Of a DNA stretch of 64,000 bases, positions 61,613-64,000 are shown piece by piece. The position numbers and the translations under genes were made by a program. Numbering within the stretch: position 1 is the first letter of the stretch; each line of letters starts with the position of its first letter. The notes under the pieces were generated by a model. The model was given only the letters and a program-made list of their open reading frames with translations, was not told where the DNA came from and searched no databases. Source of the stretch: Eukaryota sp. GEM-RC1 (lineage: Eukaryota); assembly GCA_040285855.1 (NCBI GenBank), contig JAUFOQ010000001.1:2356001-2420000 (forward strand), in the 5' to 3' direction.

Positions 61613-62308
61613 CTAGTCATCAAATAGGGACAAAATCGATGCCCTTGCTGATTGTATCTTAGACCTAGAGTCAACAAAAGAGGGAATCACTTCAGGCTCA
61701 TCTTCAATGAAAGAAAAGGCAGACTTTTCAGAAGAAGGAGTGGATGAAGATCTGAAGGAAGTCGGGGGGTTCTCAAAGGAATCAGTGTCGATCAGGTTAA
61801 CTTCTCTCTTCTGACTAGTGGAGAGAGTCGATCTAGAGCGATTAGAAGAGGGCATTGAAGGAGAGTTCGAGGGTTTGGGGGATCCTCGTGGGGAACTCAC
61901 GGGAGACGATGGTGCAGTGACAGGGGAGGGGCATTGGATGGCAGGAGTATCGCTGTACCAGAGCTTCTTGGCATATTTGTTCTTGATGAAGCTAGAACGG
62001 TCATCAGTGGAACATGATTGAGTAATCTTGCGGTCCTTTGACAGCTTAGCTTCATAATAAGCGTTGAATGCAGCATTGCCGCCAATAGAATGCATGAAAT
62101 CGACTTGATTCATTGTCCACTCATCGAGAGTACAAGATTTAACCTTAGAGATATGAGTTCCTAAGGAACGGTGTATAGCAGAACAATTCATACAGAAAAA
62201 TATGCCTAGATTTGTTGAAGCCCATCTTGGTGCTCTACAGCCGCAGTCAACACATGACTGATTTCCAGGTAACCTGAGGACCTGATTAAGCCTAGCTTTG
62301 ATGTCCAT
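61613..62308 (-). CDS. ArfGAP (SMAP/Age2-like)
   Basis: GNQSCVDCG..PRWASTNLGIFFCMNCSAIHRSLGTHISKVKS..LDEW, then a Ser/Pro-rich tail. Confidence 0.95.
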   Translation of the reverse strand: MDIKARLNQVLRLPGNQSCVDCGCRAPRWASTNLGIFFCMNCSAIHRSLGTHISKVKSCTLDEWTMNQVDFMHSIGGNAAFNAYYEAKLSKDRKITQSCSTDDRSSFIKNKYAKKLWYSDTPAIQCPSPVTAPSSPVSSPRGSPKPSNSPSMPSSNRSRSTLSTSQKREVNLIDTDSFENPPTSFRSSSTPSSEKSAFSFIEDEPEVIPSFVDSRSKIQSARASILSLFDD

Positions 62309-62367
62309 CAGGTCTGAAGTGGAAGTTGGTGTTTTAGGAGGGTGAAGAGATCAAAAATACTTTCTTC

Positions 62368-63985
62368 ATGTCTGTCTCTCCTCGTGTTCTCTTAGTTGTC
62401 CGTGACGGATGGGGTTCTAACCCTGAAGTCAGAGGTAACGCTATTGCTGCAGCATCTGCTGAAGGAAAAATTCCTAACAACGACTCTTGGAAAGAAAACT
62501 ATCCCTGGACTCTCATTCGTACTGATGGATCTCCTGTAGGTCTCCCTGAAGGCTTCCAAGGCTCTTCTGAAGTCGGTCATCTCAATATGGGTGCTGGCCG
62601 TGTTGTCACACAAGAACTTAAACGTATCAATGACATGATGGTCACTGGTACCATGTGGGAATGCAAGAAATGGGCTGAAATCATCAACAACTGGAAGCAA
62701 CACAACTCAACCCTCCACTTCCTACTCTTACTACAAGACGAAGGTGTCCATGCTCATTGTGACCATCTCTACAAGATGATGAGAAGAGCAAGACAAGATA
62801 ACCCCACTGGTAAGATCGTCATCCATCCCTTCCTTGATGGTCGTGACACTCCTCCCAGATCCTGCTTAGAATACATTGCACGTATGCTACCCTTCCTCTC
62901 CCCCTCTAACTCTAGAACTTCAACAAGTCATGAATGAAGTGGGTAACGCCACCATTGGTACTGTTATGGGTAGATACTACTCCATGGACAGATCACGTAA
63001 CTGGACCCTCACTGATTCTGCTCTTGATTGCATGATTAATCTTAAAGGCAGAAAGGTTGAGACAGCCATTGCCGCAGTGGAACAGAGCTATGCAAATGAC
63101 AAGACTCCTGATGGATATCCCATGACAGACGAGTATATTCATCCCCATGTTGTTGGAGCCTATGCTGGAATTAAAGAGAATGACTGTATCTTACACACAA
63201 ATTATAGACAGGATAGAGCTATTCAGTTAGCTGCTGCTTTCTGTAATAGAGATATGTATGGTGGGTCTACAGAAACGCCACGTGTCACTTTTGTTGGGTT
63301 CACTCAGTACTATAATGAGTTTGAGAACTATCTGATTGAACCAATGACTGGAGGTGGAGGTATGGAGAATCTGCTGGGTGAAGTTGTGTCGAAGGCTGGA
63401 TTTAGACAGCTTCGCATTGCTGAAACTCAGAAGTTCCGTCACGTCACCTCCTTCTTTAATGGGAAGAGTACTAAGCCTTATCCTCTGGAAGATCAAGTAG
63501 AGGTTCCCAGTCGTTTTGATGCCGCTTCTTTTGCTTCCCATCCAGAAATGGAAGCTTATCAAGTGACTGAAGAGCTCATCAAGAGAATTGATGAGAATCC
63601 TGATTATAGATTTATTGTGGTTAACTATGCTAACACTGACATGGTTTCTCATACTGGTGAGTTTGTTCCCGCCAAAACTGCTGTCGAGATTGTGGACGAA
63701 TGTGTAGGAAAGCTAGTAAACCACTGGTTATCCCTAGGTGGAGTTGCTATTGTGACTGCTGATCATGGAAACGCTGATCAAATGATTGACTATAACACTG
63801 GCATGGTCAAGACCTCTCATACTATTCATCCAGTTGATTTGATTCTAGTAGGTGAAGCAGTTAAGGGTAAGAAGATGTTACCACATTGTGAGGGTAAGTT
63901 AGCTGATATTGCCCCCACTGTTCTTCAGTTACTTGGACTTCCTATTCCAAAGGAAATGACTGCTCAGAGTTTGATTGTGGAGTAA
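62368..63985 (+). CDS. gpmI: 2,3-bisphosphoglycerate-independent phosphoglycerate mutase, one 34-nt intron (62882-62915)
   Basis: DGWG, GSSEVGH, DGRDT, GRYYSMDR, DMVSHTG, TADHGN, LADIAPT. Splicing GTATGC..CTAACTCTAG gives a 527-aa frame. Confidence 0.95.
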
Positions 63986-64000
63986 GGGGGATTGATTTTG

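Overview
AT-rich eukaryotic DNA using the standard code, with very few and very short spliceosomal introns and 49-69 bp divergent promoters. This fits a compact-genomed protist (a metamonad-like flagellate is my guess; the sequence cannot prove it). Housekeeping genes sit in islands: hSac2-domain protein, LSm8-like, IMP4, Mago nashi, SRP54, BAF60/SMARCD-like, ArfGAP, iPGM and tRNA-Lys. There is also an RI-type LRR gene and a secreted bacterial-type beta-lactamase-fold hydrolase. Between them is a dynamic array of nine BTB-BACK-coiled-coil-PRY/SPRY genes or gene pieces plus one tiny remnant. These paralogs share a near-identical framework but differ in four SPRY loops that are shuffled in mosaic fashion, and their coiled coils differ by whole heptads. 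Each start codon has a conserved ~90 bp block upstream, and several copies carry a piece of the neighbouring beta-lactamase gene at their 3' flank. This is the best candidate for an undescribed diversified, TRIM5-like Cullin-3 receptor system. Also present: a recent ~4.8 kb duplication with a P-loop-mutated SRP54 copy, hAT and Tc1-type MITEs with intact TSDs, a decayed DD34E IS630/Tc1 transposase facing an unknown ORF, decayed hAT transposases, many RLE-type non-LTR retrotransposon fragments and a stray CCT3 fragment. Many single-base frameshifts lie in homopolymers and may be assembly errors.
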